Below the pieces are notes generated by a model. That model searched no databases. It saw nothing but the letters and a program-made list of their open reading frames with translations, and had not been told where the DNA came from. Both the position numbers and the translations under genes were made by a program. Positions 50,699 to 59,861 of a DNA stretch of 64,000 nt are shown one piece after another. The DNA comes from an uncultured bacterium (lineage in GTDB: Bacteria; Chloroflexota; UBA5177; JANWHV01), in assembly GCA_963827235.1 (NCBI GenBank), contig CAWHAE010000016.1, positions 544,001-608,000 of the forward strand, given 5' to 3'. Within the stretch, counting starts at the first letter, position 1. The number at the start of each line of letters is the position of its first letter.

Positions 50699-51811
50699 TC
50701 AGGTAGGCTGGGCTGACGGCGCGCCGGGCGCTGGGCCGATTGCTTGCGGCGGCCTGCGCAGCGGAATACCGCCCACGCTCATGGCCGGCAAAATCACCAT
50801 TTGTACAAGCACAACGGCCAGCAGCACGACGCCGCGCGCCACCTGCTGCCAGTTGGACCCCAACCCGAGCAGATTGAAGATGTTGGGCAGGATCTGGATG
50901 ATCATCAGGCCGACGAAGGTGCCCCTCACCGTGCCCACGCCGCCAGTCAGCAGCGTGCCGCCGACCACGACGGCCGCGATAGCGTCGAGCTCGTAGGTCA
51001 CGCCCGCTGTGGGCGGTGCCGACACCTGGCGAGAAGCGTAGAGTATGCCGGCCAGTCCCGCCAACATGCCGCTGCAGGTATAGACGGCGATCTTGACTCG
51101 CTTCACGCGCACGCCCAGCAGCAGCGCCGCGGCTTCGTTGCCGCCGACGGCAAAGACGTGCCGGCCGAAGGGCGTATAGCGAAGCAGGGCGGCTAGGGCG
51201 ATGAAGGCCAGCACGGCGATGAGCGCTCCGGAGGGTATGTTCCAGGGGATGAATGGCAGTGGGGTCTCGGCCACGTTCTGGAAGCCGCTTCCCGGGGCCA
51301 CGCTGACCGCCGATGCCCCGGCCCCGGAGGTGGAGGCATTGTTGGCCATGGAGGCGAACTGCAGCGATAGGCCGCGGGCTATGGAGAGCATCGCCAGGGT
51401 GATGATGAACGGCGGCACCCGCGTGTAGGCGATACCGATGCCGTTGACCAGACCCACCAGCCCCGTCGCCGCGAGGGCGACGACTATGGCCACGAAGATA
51501 CCGTGCGAGGACATAGCGGCGGCGAAGAAGGCACCCAGCGCCAGCACGGAGCCCACCGAAAGGTCGATGCCGCCGCTCAGGATAGCCAGCATCTGAGCGC
51601 AGGCAAGCACGCCGAAGACCGCCATCTGGTCCGAGAGATTGCCAATGTTATTGCCGGTCAGGAAGTGCGGCGAGAGGACCGAGCAGACGATCACGAGCAA
51701 TACCAGCACGACCAGCGACGTTTCGCGCTGCAGCAGCGCCAGGATCTGCGCCGCGATAGGCACCGATGGGCGTCGCTCACGCTGCACTGGATTCGCCTCT
51801 TTCTCACTCAT
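50699..51811 (-). CDS. sugar ABC transporter permease
   Basis: GGIDLSVG, PPFIITLA, GRHVFAVGGNE, YELDAIAAVVVGGT. Confidence 0.95.
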   Translation of the reverse strand: MSEKEANPVQRERRPSVPIAAQILALLQRETSLVVLVLLVIVCSVLSPHFLTGNNIGNLSDQMAVFGVLACAQMLAILSGGIDLSVGSVLALGAFFAAAMSSHGIFVAIVVALAATGLVGLVNGIGIAYTRVPPFIITLAMLSIARGLSLQFASMANNASTSGAGASAVSVAPGSGFQNVAETPLPFIPWNIPSGALIAVLAFIALAALLRYTPFGRHVFAVGGNEAAALLLGVRVKRVKIAVYTCSGMLAGLAGILYASRQVSAPPTAGVTYELDAIAAVVVGGTLLTGGVGTVRGTFVGLMIIQILPNIFNLLGLGSNWQQVARGVVLLAVVLVQMVILPAMSVGGIPLRRPPQAIGPAPGAPSAQPT

Positions 51812-51834
51812 TGCACGTCACACGTCTCCGGCGG

Positions 51835-52935
51835 CTACTGCCGCGCCAGCCCGCCCTGCAAGATCACGGCGCCCGCCACGATCACACCATTGGCGATAAG
51901 CTGCGTCTGCGTCGGCCAGCCGGCCTGGATGAACAGCGCGTAGAGCACGGTCAGGATCAGGCCGCCGATCATTGTCCTGCCGATTCCGCCACTGCCGCCG
52001 AGCAGCGACGTGCCTCCCACCACGACCATGGCAATGCTCTGCAGTTCGAAGTTCAAGCCGTCGTTGAATGGATCGGCCGTGGAGTTGTGCGAGGCGTAGA
52101 GCACGCCCGCCAGACCGGCCAGAAGGCCGCTCACCGTGTAGACGAGGATTTTCACCCGGTCGACCGGGATGCCGGCCAATCGAGTCGCGCGCTCGTTGCC
52201 GCCCACAGCAAAGATGTAGCGACCGACGACAGTGCGTGCCAGGAAGAATCCCGCCGCCAGGTAGACGACGATGGTCAGAATGACGCTCATCGGTACCAGG
52301 CCCAGCCCCGGCACGGGGCCATAGTTGGTAGTCGCATAGGTCACGAAGTTCGGGTCTTGAATGTAGGTGACGCCGGCGCTGGCAATTGTCTCCGCCACGC
52401 CGCGCGCCGCGATCATCACCGCCAGCGTGACCACGATCGGCTGGATGCCTGTCTTGGCAATCACCGTGCCGGAGAAGCCGCCCAGCACCGCGCACAGCAG
52501 CATGGGTAGCGCGAACGCCGCTATCGTGCCGTACCCGTTGTTCATCAGCACAGCGGCCGAACAGGATCCCACAGCGAGCACGGCGCCGACGGACAGGTCG
52601 ATGCCGCCGGTGAGAATCACCAGCGCTTGGCCCACGCCGATCAGCGCGTATGACAGGCAGAAAGTCTGCAACTGCAGCCGGATATTGAGCTCGGTGAGGA
52701 AGTTGGGGCTTATGACGGAGGTAATGATGACCAGAACGATGAGCGCAACAAACGATCCGTACTGCTGCAGGAACGGCAGCACCCGCGTGGTGTAAAACGC
52801 GCCGCGACCGATGATGACGCGCCCCAGCATAGATCTCTTGATCGCCAGACCGGCGGCCGACTGGACCGGCGGAGCAGACGACTCGGCGCCGGTCGGCGGT
52901 GGCAGCTCTGCGCTCTCGGGCTTCACCAGGCTCAC
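51835..52935 (-). CDS. sugar ABC transporter permease
   Basis: GGIDLSVG, IQPIVVTL, GRYIFAVGGNE, FELQSIAMVVVGGT. Confidence 0.95.
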   Translation of the reverse strand: MSLVKPESAELPPPTGAESSAPPVQSAAGLAIKRSMLGRVIIGRGAFYTTRVLPFLQQYGSFVALIVLVIITSVISPNFLTELNIRLQLQTFCLSYALIGVGQALVILTGGIDLSVGAVLAVGSCSAAVLMNNGYGTIAAFALPMLLCAVLGGFSGTVIAKTGIQPIVVTLAVMIAARGVAETIASAGVTYIQDPNFVTYATTNYGPVPGLGLVPMSVILTIVVYLAAGFFLARTVVGRYIFAVGGNERATRLAGIPVDRVKILVYTVSGLLAGLAGVLYASHNSTADPFNDGLNFELQSIAMVVVGGTSLLGGSGGIGRTMIGGLILTVLYALFIQAGWPTQTQLIANGVIVAGAVILQGGLARQ

Positions 52936-54446
52936 CCCTCTGAGATGACTTTCATCACGCGGTCCTCGCTCGCCTCGGCGCGAGGGAATTCGCCGACCTT
53001 TCTTCCGTCCTTGATCACCACGACCCTATCGCTTCCCTCTACCACCTCCTCGAGCTCGGACGAGATCATGAGCAGGCTCATGCCCTGCTCTCGCGCCAGC
53101 TCCTGGATCAGCCGCTGGATCTCAAGCTTGGCGCCGACGTCGATGCCCCGCGTGGGCTCGTCCAGAATCAGGAAGCGGGGACGCCGGCACAGCCAGCGCG
53201 CCAGGATCACCTTCTGCTGATTGCCGCCCGACAAGCGCCCGACCGGCGTGCCGGCGCTCGGCGCGCGGATGTCGAGCCGGCGGATCATCTCGTCAACCAC
53301 GGCACGCTGCCGCCGCGGGCTGATAACGCCCATACGCGAGAAGAGCGGCAGCGCCGCCAGCAGGATGTTGTCTCGCACGCTCAGCTCCGGTACGATGCCT
53401 TCGACCTTGCGGTCCTCGGTGACATAGCCCATACCGGCGCGTACGGCCGCCCACGGCGAGCGGATGCGCTGTCGCCGCCCCTCCATGCGGATTGTGCCCG
53501 ACTCCGCGCGATTGAGTCCGAAGATAACGCGCGCCAACTCCGTGCGGCCCGACCCGAGCAGTCCGGCAAGGCCGACCACCTCACCCCTATGCGTGCGGAA
53601 GCTCACGTCTCTGGGGGACCTGCCACCGGTGAGATGCTCGACCTCGAGCACCGGCTCGCCCGCCTCCGCGGCCGTTTCGCTGAATGCCGTCGTGCCCAGA
53701 GCGCGCACCTGCTCCGGATCCCGACCGAGCATCAGCGCGACCAGACTGAGCACGTCGATGCTCTTCACGTCGGTGGTAATCACAAGCCGTCCATCACGCA
53801 GCACCGTCACTCTGTCGGCCAGTGTGAAGACCTCCTCGAGCCGGTGGCTGACGTAGATAATGCCCACGCCACGCGCCTTCAGCTGCCGGATCACGGCAAA
53901 GAGCACCTGTACCTCGGCGGCATCCAGCGAGGACGTCGGCTCGTCCATGACCACCAGGCTGGCGTCCAGCGAGACGGCACGGGCGATGCTCACCATCTGC
54001 TGCAGGGCGACGCTGATCTGCGATACGGGCACGGCGAGGTCCACGTGGATATCGAAGCTCTGCAGCAGCTTGCCGGCTTCGCTGCGCATCCTCGCCCAGT
54101 CGATAGTGCCCAGTCGGGTGCGAGGCTCGCGACCAAGGAAGATGTTCTCGGGCGCTGTCAGATAAGGCACCAGGTTGACTTCCTGGTAGATTGTCGCGAT
54201 GCCCGCCGCCTGCGACGCGGCCGGGGTGGCGAACGAGACCTCTTTTGCGCGGAGCACAACGCGACCGCCGTCCTTGGCGTAGGCTCCTGTCAAGATCTTG
54301 ATCAGTGTCGACTTACCTGCGCCGTTGTGCCCGACCAGAGCGTGCACCTCGCCGCGCTGCACGTCGAAATCGATGGCGGAGAGCGCCTGGACGCCCGGGA
54401 AGCTCTTGCTGACGCCACGCATTTGCAGTAGTGATTCGGCGGCCAT
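52932..54446 (-). CDS. sugar ABC transporter ATP-binding protein (YtfR/RbsA-like)
   Basis: GHNGAGKST, MDEPTSSL, LSGGNQQK, LDEPTRGIDVGAK. Confidence 0.95.
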   Translation of the reverse strand: MAAESLLQMRGVSKSFPGVQALSAIDFDVQRGEVHALVGHNGAGKSTLIKILTGAYAKDGGRVVLRAKEVSFATPAASQAAGIATIYQEVNLVPYLTAPENIFLGREPRTRLGTIDWARMRSEAGKLLQSFDIHVDLAVPVSQISVALQQMVSIARAVSLDASLVVMDEPTSSLDAAEVQVLFAVIRQLKARGVGIIYVSHRLEEVFTLADRVTVLRDGRLVITTDVKSIDVLSLVALMLGRDPEQVRALGTTAFSETAAEAGEPVLEVEHLTGGRSPRDVSFRTHRGEVVGLAGLLGSGRTELARVIFGLNRAESGTIRMEGRRQRIRSPWAAVRAGMGYVTEDRKVEGIVPELSVRDNILLAALPLFSRMGVISPRRQRAVVDEMIRRLDIRAPSAGTPVGRLSGGNQQKVILARWLCRRPRFLILDEPTRGIDVGAKLEIQRLIQELAREQGMSLLMISSELEEVVEGSDRVVVIKDGRKVGEFPRAEASEDRVMKVISEG

Positions 54447-54461
54447 GACACTCCTACTTGA

Positions 54462-54501
54462 CCGGCAAGGCGCCTGCACCGTTGTGCCGGCGCCTTGCCG
54501 G
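54462..54501 (-). terminator. stem-loop downstream of the SBP gene (mRNA stabiliser or partial terminator)
   Basis: CCGGCAAGGCGCC/GGCGCCTTGCCGG 13-bp stem. Confidence 0.6.
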
Positions 54502-54534
54502 GGCGGAATAGCGGGATAGCCTTCAGACGCTGTG

Positions 54535-55602
54535 CTAGAAGCCCTTACCCTCCATGGCCTTGGCGTTGGCCTTGGTCACCGTGGTGTCGACGGGGACGAT
54601 GTTCGCCGGAACCTTTTGCGCCGTGAAGTAAGCGTTGACCCACTTCCAGGTGAGCGGTCCATACATGGGACTGTTCGTGACGCAAACATCCCAGTTGCCC
54701 TGTGCAATGCGCAGGAAGATGTCATTCTGGCCGTCGATTGAGCCCCAGCGCAGCTTCTTGTTGAAGCCGGCTTCCTGCACGGCCTGCCACGCGCCATCGC
54801 CCATGCCGTCGTTGTGGGCATAGACCATGTCGATCTTGGTGCCGAATTTGGTGATCCAATTGGTCATGATCTTCTTGGCGGTTGCCAGGGTGAAGTCGCC
54901 GTCCTGGGAATCGAGCATATTGAATCGCTTGACGGGATCGATCACGTGATGGAATCCGCCGCCGCGCAGGATTGCCGGTCCGGCGCCGGTGCTGCCTCGC
55001 AGCTCCAGGTAGTTGATTGTACCCGTAGTATTCTGGATGAAGTAGTTGCCGACCTTGACGCCCTGCGAGTACTGATCGTTGTTGATCAGACACAGGTAGT
55101 CCTTGCCGGGCGTACCTGCGCTGTTCCTGTCGATCTCGATCACCGGTACGCCGGCCGCGAGAGCGCGGACAGTCGCCGCCTTAAGTGGATCGACCTCGCG
55201 AGGAGTCAGTACGACGAGGTCGCAACCTCGGGCGATCAGGTCGCCGACGTCACTCACCTGCTTGGCGGTGTCGCCATTGGCGACGGTGCTGATGTAGTCG
55301 TACTTCGCCGTCCAGTGCGCCGTCCACTCGTCCTTCATGCTCTTTGTCTCGGCAAAGCGCCAGGTGTTGTTCAGCTCGCTCTGCGAGAATCCGATGAGAT
55401 ACTTCGCCTTCTTCGGCGGGTGCGCGGGCGTGACTAGCGGGTTGCCCTTCGAGGCGGCCATCACCTCCATGGCATTGAAGGGATCTAGGGCGCTGGCAGC
55501 AGCGGCAGCGCTGAGGCCCAGCGCCGCAGCGCCGCGAAGAAAATCAAACCTGTTGATCTTGCCGGAACGAAGCTCGCCAGCCAGTTTGTCCATGTCGCGC
55601 AT
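54535..55602 (-). CDS. sugar ABC transporter substrate-binding protein (YtfQ-like)
   Basis: IGFSQ....WR.AET.S, IDR, R..GF, AHNDGM..GA, IDG periplasmic binding protein type 1 motifs; Tat-like leader. Confidence 0.92.
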   Translation of the reverse strand: MRDMDKLAGELRSGKINRFDFLRGAAALGLSAAAAASALDPFNAMEVMAASKGNPLVTPAHPPKKAKYLIGFSQSELNNTWRFAETKSMKDEWTAHWTAKYDYISTVANGDTAKQVSDVGDLIARGCDLVVLTPREVDPLKAATVRALAAGVPVIEIDRNSAGTPGKDYLCLINNDQYSQGVKVGNYFIQNTTGTINYLELRGSTGAGPAILRGGGFHHVIDPVKRFNMLDSQDGDFTLATAKKIMTNWITKFGTKIDMVYAHNDGMGDGAWQAVQEAGFNKKLRWGSIDGQNDIFLRIAQGNWDVCVTNSPMYGPLTWKWVNAYFTAQKVPANIVPVDTTVTKANAKAMEGKGF

Positions 55603-56029
55603 GAGCTCATCCTTCCTGCGGATAACGACGAGTCGACAACGATGTTGATCCATGAAGCGCGCGGTCTCTCGGGATCCCCTAATCCCCAGATGGCAAGGTC
55701 GTGCGAGACCTCCGGACCGCTTGGGCCGTGCTCCGGCATGCTGCGCAACAGCCAGGCCACGCAGGCCGCGGTCCGGCATACACGCCGGTGAAGAGCTCCT
55801 CGAGATGGTCAGCCGAGCGCGCTCGCCTGGCCAGGGAAGCGCGGCAGAATGCTCGTGTCTTGCGGGCCGAGAACCCACCCGAGTCCAGCGTGAACGTGGT
55901 CCACAGGAACACCCCGCCTCTGCAGAGGCCTGGTGCCTCGCGCGGATCGCAGTACCCCACCCCGACCGGGCCGCGAAGGCAAGTTACATAATTCGCTGGA
56001 CAAATCAATCAGTACGTACTTCGCCCCCT

Positions 56030-56058
56030 ATTATTGTCGGGCCGAGGCAGAATGTCAA
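56030..56058 (-). promoter_or_regulatory. ABC operon promoter TTGACA-N17-AATAAT
   Basis: 6/6 + 5/6 consensus in an AT-rich island. Confidence 0.7.
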
Positions 56059-56364
56059 GTATTTCATGCAATGGTTTTTATAGCATCATCTGCCGACCGT
56101 TCGCCCAGGATACCGAGCTCGCGGACGTCCGCCCAGGACCGCCTGCGCCCGCAGCGGGCGCGCACGCCGGGAAGAGCGTTGCCCCGGCCCATGGATAGCA
56201 GCCCGCCAGAGCGATCCTCTCCGCCACCAGCTGTGCTCGCCTGGCACAGGCGCCGGCCATGCACGCGCGGGCGACCAGGCGTCACTGGCAAGGTGATTCG
56301 GAGCGAGCTCGAACCGAGCGCGGACGCTACCTTCCGAAGACGACTGTCAGGATAGAACTGTCAC

Positions 56365-57723
56365 ATGCAAGCCCGGGCGCGATACGCTGATACTCAGCGG
56401 AGTATCGTAGAGCATAGTTTGGCACCTGTGACCGAGCGACCTGGAACCGGACCTCGCCCGACTGCAATGGGCAGCGCGCGCTACGCCTTGCGAGCGGCGC
56501 GGGGATTCTTCGGGCTGAACCTGCCCATTACGTCAGCGGTCCGGCGTGACTTCAGGCTGGATCTGCTGGGTGCGGTTCTTTACGGCGTGTTCAACGGCGC
56601 CGTGGCAGGGTATCTACTGGTAGTCGCACGGACTATCGGCGTCAGCCAGTTCGGCATCGGATTCTTGGTCGCGGCACCGGCGCTTGGCGCGATCGTGTCC
56701 TTGCCGGTGTCGCTCTCGATCACCGGCGCGCGTTCACGCCTTTTTCTGATGCTCACGTTCTACCTGGGACGCGCGCCCTTGCTGCTACTGTTGTTCTGGG
56801 CTTCGCCAGCGCCGTACCTCGTGATGGCGTCGGCATTCTACATCTTCGGCAGTCTTGCTTCGCCCTTCTACGCACAGGTGATGCAGCACGTCTATCCACG
56901 CGAATTCCGTGGCCAGCTCATGAGCCTGGTACGGGTAGGCACGGGCGTGGCAACCACCCTCTCCTCATTGGCAGCGGCATACCTACTGGGCTCGGGCAAG
57001 GTCTCGTACCAGGATCTGTTCGGCGTCGGTGCCGTGCTGGCCCTCGCCGCCACCGCCGTGTTTTCCCGCATCACGCCGGTTAGGCCGGCGGCGCGGCCAC
57101 GGCAATCCCTGCGCGAGACGTTCGGTATCCTGCGGCGGGATAAGCCGTTCGCGGATTTTCAACTGGCGCTCTACTTCATGGGCATCGGCAATATCATGGC
57201 CGGCACCCTCTATCCGCTGGTCATTGTCGACAAGCTGCACGCGGGATACGGACCGTTCGGAGTGCTCTCCGTGGTCTCGGCGCTCGGCTACCTCTCGTCC
57301 TGGATCGGGTGGGGCCGCGTCGTCGACCGCGCCGGTCCGGTGGTGACAATCCTGCTGGCAGAGGTATTCAACCTGGCCTTCATCGCCGGCCTGTTGCTTG
57401 CACCCGGTGTCTATTGGCTGGCCCCGGCCCTGTTCATGAACGGCGTGTCGAATGCAGGGTTCGAGATCGGTCCCGTGGCCTCGTCGATCCATTTCTGCGC
57501 GGCTACTCCCCAGGACGTGCCGCGGTACATGGCGCTTCACTCCCTGATCTACGGCACCCGGGGTCTGGCCTGTCCGTTCATCGCCACGCTCCTTCTTGCC
57601 GGTAACCGCTTCACGATGTCCAGCGGTGCCTCGCTCGCGATGGCACTGGTCGGTACCGCGCTCATGGTACGTCTACTTGAACCGGTGAGAGACAAACGGC
57701 CGACCGGTCCGCTTGCGACGTGA
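56365..57723 (+). CDS. MFS transporter, paralog of 352-1749
   Basis: Shared blocks DFRLDL..LYGVFNG, YPREFRG.LMSLVR, LYPLVIVDK.HAGYGPFGVLSV, DVPRYMALHS; true start may be 56428 or 56467. Confidence 0.88.
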   Translation: MQARARYADTQRSIVEHSLAPVTERPGTGPRPTAMGSARYALRAARGFFGLNLPITSAVRRDFRLDLLGAVLYGVFNGAVAGYLLVVARTIGVSQFGIGFLVAAPALGAIVSLPVSLSITGARSRLFLMLTFYLGRAPLLLLLFWASPAPYLVMASAFYIFGSLASPFYAQVMQHVYPREFRGQLMSLVRVGTGVATTLSSLAAAYLLGSGKVSYQDLFGVGAVLALAATAVFSRITPVRPAARPRQSLRETFGILRRDKPFADFQLALYFMGIGNIMAGTLYPLVIVDKLHAGYGPFGVLSVVSALGYLSSWIGWGRVVDRAGPVVTILLAEVFNLAFIAGLLLAPGVYWLAPALFMNGVSNAGFEIGPVASSIHFCAATPQDVPRYMALHSLIYGTRGLACPFIATLLLAGNRFTMSSGASLAMALVGTALMVRLLEPVRDKRPTGPLAT

Positions 57724-57995
57724 CGGGCGGCATTCAGCCCGGAACAAGGCCCTGCTCAGCTTTCCGCGTGACTGACAGTGCCGCCACAAACTCCCCGTCT
57801 ATCGCAATCGACAGCATGAGGTGCAGATGACGCGGTCCCGCGATGCCTGTCTCGCGGTGGAACTGGCCGGAGGGCCACGCCGAGCGGCCGGTGCCTGAAC
57901 AGGTCGCGGCAATCACTTCCGCATGCCTCGCGTGCGGGCCGTCAATGTGTCGTAGGTGTGCTGCCGCCTCATTCGAGTCCGGACGGCCTGCCGCC

Positions 57996-58592
57996 TCACT
58001 TCAGCCCGGCGTACCCCGGCTGATGCACGATCGTGACATCCGGCGGAGGCCAATAGGAGAGCATGGCCCGGCCGATGACGTTCTTGATCGGCAGCAATCC
58101 CCACACATGCGAGTCACTGGAGTTGTTGCGGTTGTCGCCCATCACGAAGAGATCGCCCTTGGGTACTTTGACATCGCAATAGGTGCACCCCGATGCCGCG
58201 TAATCAGGCTCGGCAGCAACGTACGGCTCGCTCAGCTGCACATTGTTCACGTACACCTGACCGCGCGCGATAACGACGTGGTCACCGGCGACCCCTATCA
58301 CGCGCTTGATGTAGTCGAGACTGGGATCTACCGGATACTCGAACACTATCACGTCGCCGCGCTCCGGAGAATGGAAGCGGTAGGTCAGCTTGTCGACCAG
58401 GATATACTCGCCGTTGTGAAACGTCGGCTCCATGCTCTGCCCCTGCACTGTAAATGGCTGCAGTGAGAAGCGTGCGGCGAGAAAGAGCGCTACGGTGATG
58501 AAAATCGTCTCGATAAGCTCGACCGCGAGTCTGCGTCGCGGCGCGCGCGGCGGTGGCGCGGCAGCCGCCTGGCCCGGGTAAGCGGGTGGCAC
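57996..58592 (-). CDS. lepB: signal peptidase I
   Basis: GQSMEPT (Ser), DYIKRVIG (Lys), GDNRNNSSDS; N-terminal TM. Confidence 0.95.
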   Translation of the reverse strand: MPPAYPGQAAAAPPPRAPRRRLAVELIETIFITVALFLAARFSLQPFTVQGQSMEPTFHNGEYILVDKLTYRFHSPERGDVIVFEYPVDPSLDYIKRVIGVAGDHVVIARGQVYVNNVQLSEPYVAAEPDYAASGCTYCDVKVPKGDLFVMGDNRNNSSDSHVWGLLPIKNVIGRAMLSYWPPPDVTIVHQPGYAGLK

Positions 58593-58732
58593 GGGTTCGA
58601 TCGTCTATCTCCTCACTGTGTCAATCGCGCCGGTCCATGCACTGCGACACCTGCCTCTCCAGAAGGGATGCAGTCGGAGCTCCTGCGGCGTGCCGTCTCT
58701 GGCACCGCCCGGTAGCATGAAGTGTCGCGTCG

Positions 58733-58806
58733 TGCTCCGGGCAGGATTCGAACCCGCGACACCTGGTTCCGAAGACCAGTGCTCTAATCCACTGAGCTAC
58801 CGGAGC
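58733..58806 (-). tRNA. tRNA-Arg(TCG)
   Basis: Acceptor GCTCCGG/CCGGAGC, CTGGT-CTTCGGA-ACCAG, GCGGG-TTCGAAT-CCTGC. Confidence 0.95.
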
Positions 58807-58814
58807 ATGATGGA

Positions 58815-58843
58815 AGTATACTTGGCCGGCCGGGCAAGGTCCA
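58815..58843 (-). promoter_or_regulatory. putative tRNA-Arg promoter TGGACC-N17-TATACT
   Basis: -10 element 8 nt upstream of the tRNA 5' end. Confidence 0.5.
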
Positions 58844-58879
58844 CCACGCCCGACAAGCGAGGCAGCCCGCACGGACGCT

Positions 58880-59407
58880 TCAATGCAGCATCGTGATGTC
58901 GGGCATCGGCCAGTAGGCGAACATCGCTCTTCCTTCGACGTTGCTCAGCGGCACGAATCCCCATATGTGAGAGTCACTCGAGTTGTCGCGGTTGTCGCCG
59001 AGCACGTAGAGATAGCCCTTGGGAACATGTACGTCGCAGTACGCGCACTGCGATTGCGAATAGTCCGGCGGATCCGCGATATAGGCCTCAGATAGCTGGA
59101 GCCCGTTGACGTAGACATGCCCGTTCGCTACCACGACGTGGTCGCCCGCCACTCCGATCACGCGTTTGATGTAGTCCTGGGTCGGATCCTTGGGATACTT
59201 GAAGACGATGATGTCTCCGCGCTGGGGACTGTGCAGCATGTAGCTGACCTTATCCAGCATGACCCATTCGTCGTTGTGCAGGGTCGGCTCCATGCTCTGC
59301 CCGTCCACGATGCGAGGCGTTATCGTGGCGTGAATCCCCAGGTAGATCAGCGCGGTCACTAGCGCAATCTGCACAAGCTCCTTGACCGCTTTCCCCGATG
59401 CTCGCAT
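58880..59407 (-). CDS. lepB: signal peptidase I (second paralog)
   Basis: GQSMEPT, DYIKRVIG, GDNRDNSSDS. Confidence 0.95.
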   Translation of the reverse strand: MRASGKAVKELVQIALVTALIYLGIHATITPRIVDGQSMEPTLHNDEWVMLDKVSYMLHSPQRGDIIVFKYPKDPTQDYIKRVIGVAGDHVVVANGHVYVNGLQLSEAYIADPPDYSQSQCAYCDVHVPKGYLYVLGDNRDNSSDSHIWGFVPLSNVEGRAMFAYWPMPDITMLH

Positions 59408-59861
59408 CAGTCTGCGTCCTCGTTTCGCTCATGTCTCAGCCTCAGGCGCGATCGTACCGCGCCGCCGCCTATCAGACCGTAGCCCATTCGTCAGTGTCGC
59501 GCAAGCTATCCCCGGTTACGGTCGAATTAAGATTCGGCAATCTCCTGCGCCCGGCACTCGACGCGACCGGTGGTTGCCGCCGTCCCGTAAACGCTTTACC
59601 TGCGCCCTGACCCTCGGGTGGCCGGCACAGTCCGCGGTGTCGAGGCGCCGAGGCGCGCGCCGTTTCTATTCGCTCAGGAACCGTGCTATACTGTGGGCTG
59701 ACTGGCAGACGGCCATGATCTCCGCGCCCGAAGCGGACCGACCAGCCTGGTCTCCCGGCTCTGCCAGAGCGAATCCGACCGGCAACGATCCTGTCCTGCG
59801 CGTCCCGTCGCGTTCGAGGTGCATCGGCTCCTTAGCTGGCGGTGTCGTGGCTGCCTGGAAG

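Noticed and set aside
59407-59432. Third frameshift at the start of the upstream lepB (out-of-frame ATG 25 nt upstream)
   Set aside because: The in-frame ATG at 59407 has its own GAGG RBS and gives a complete protein
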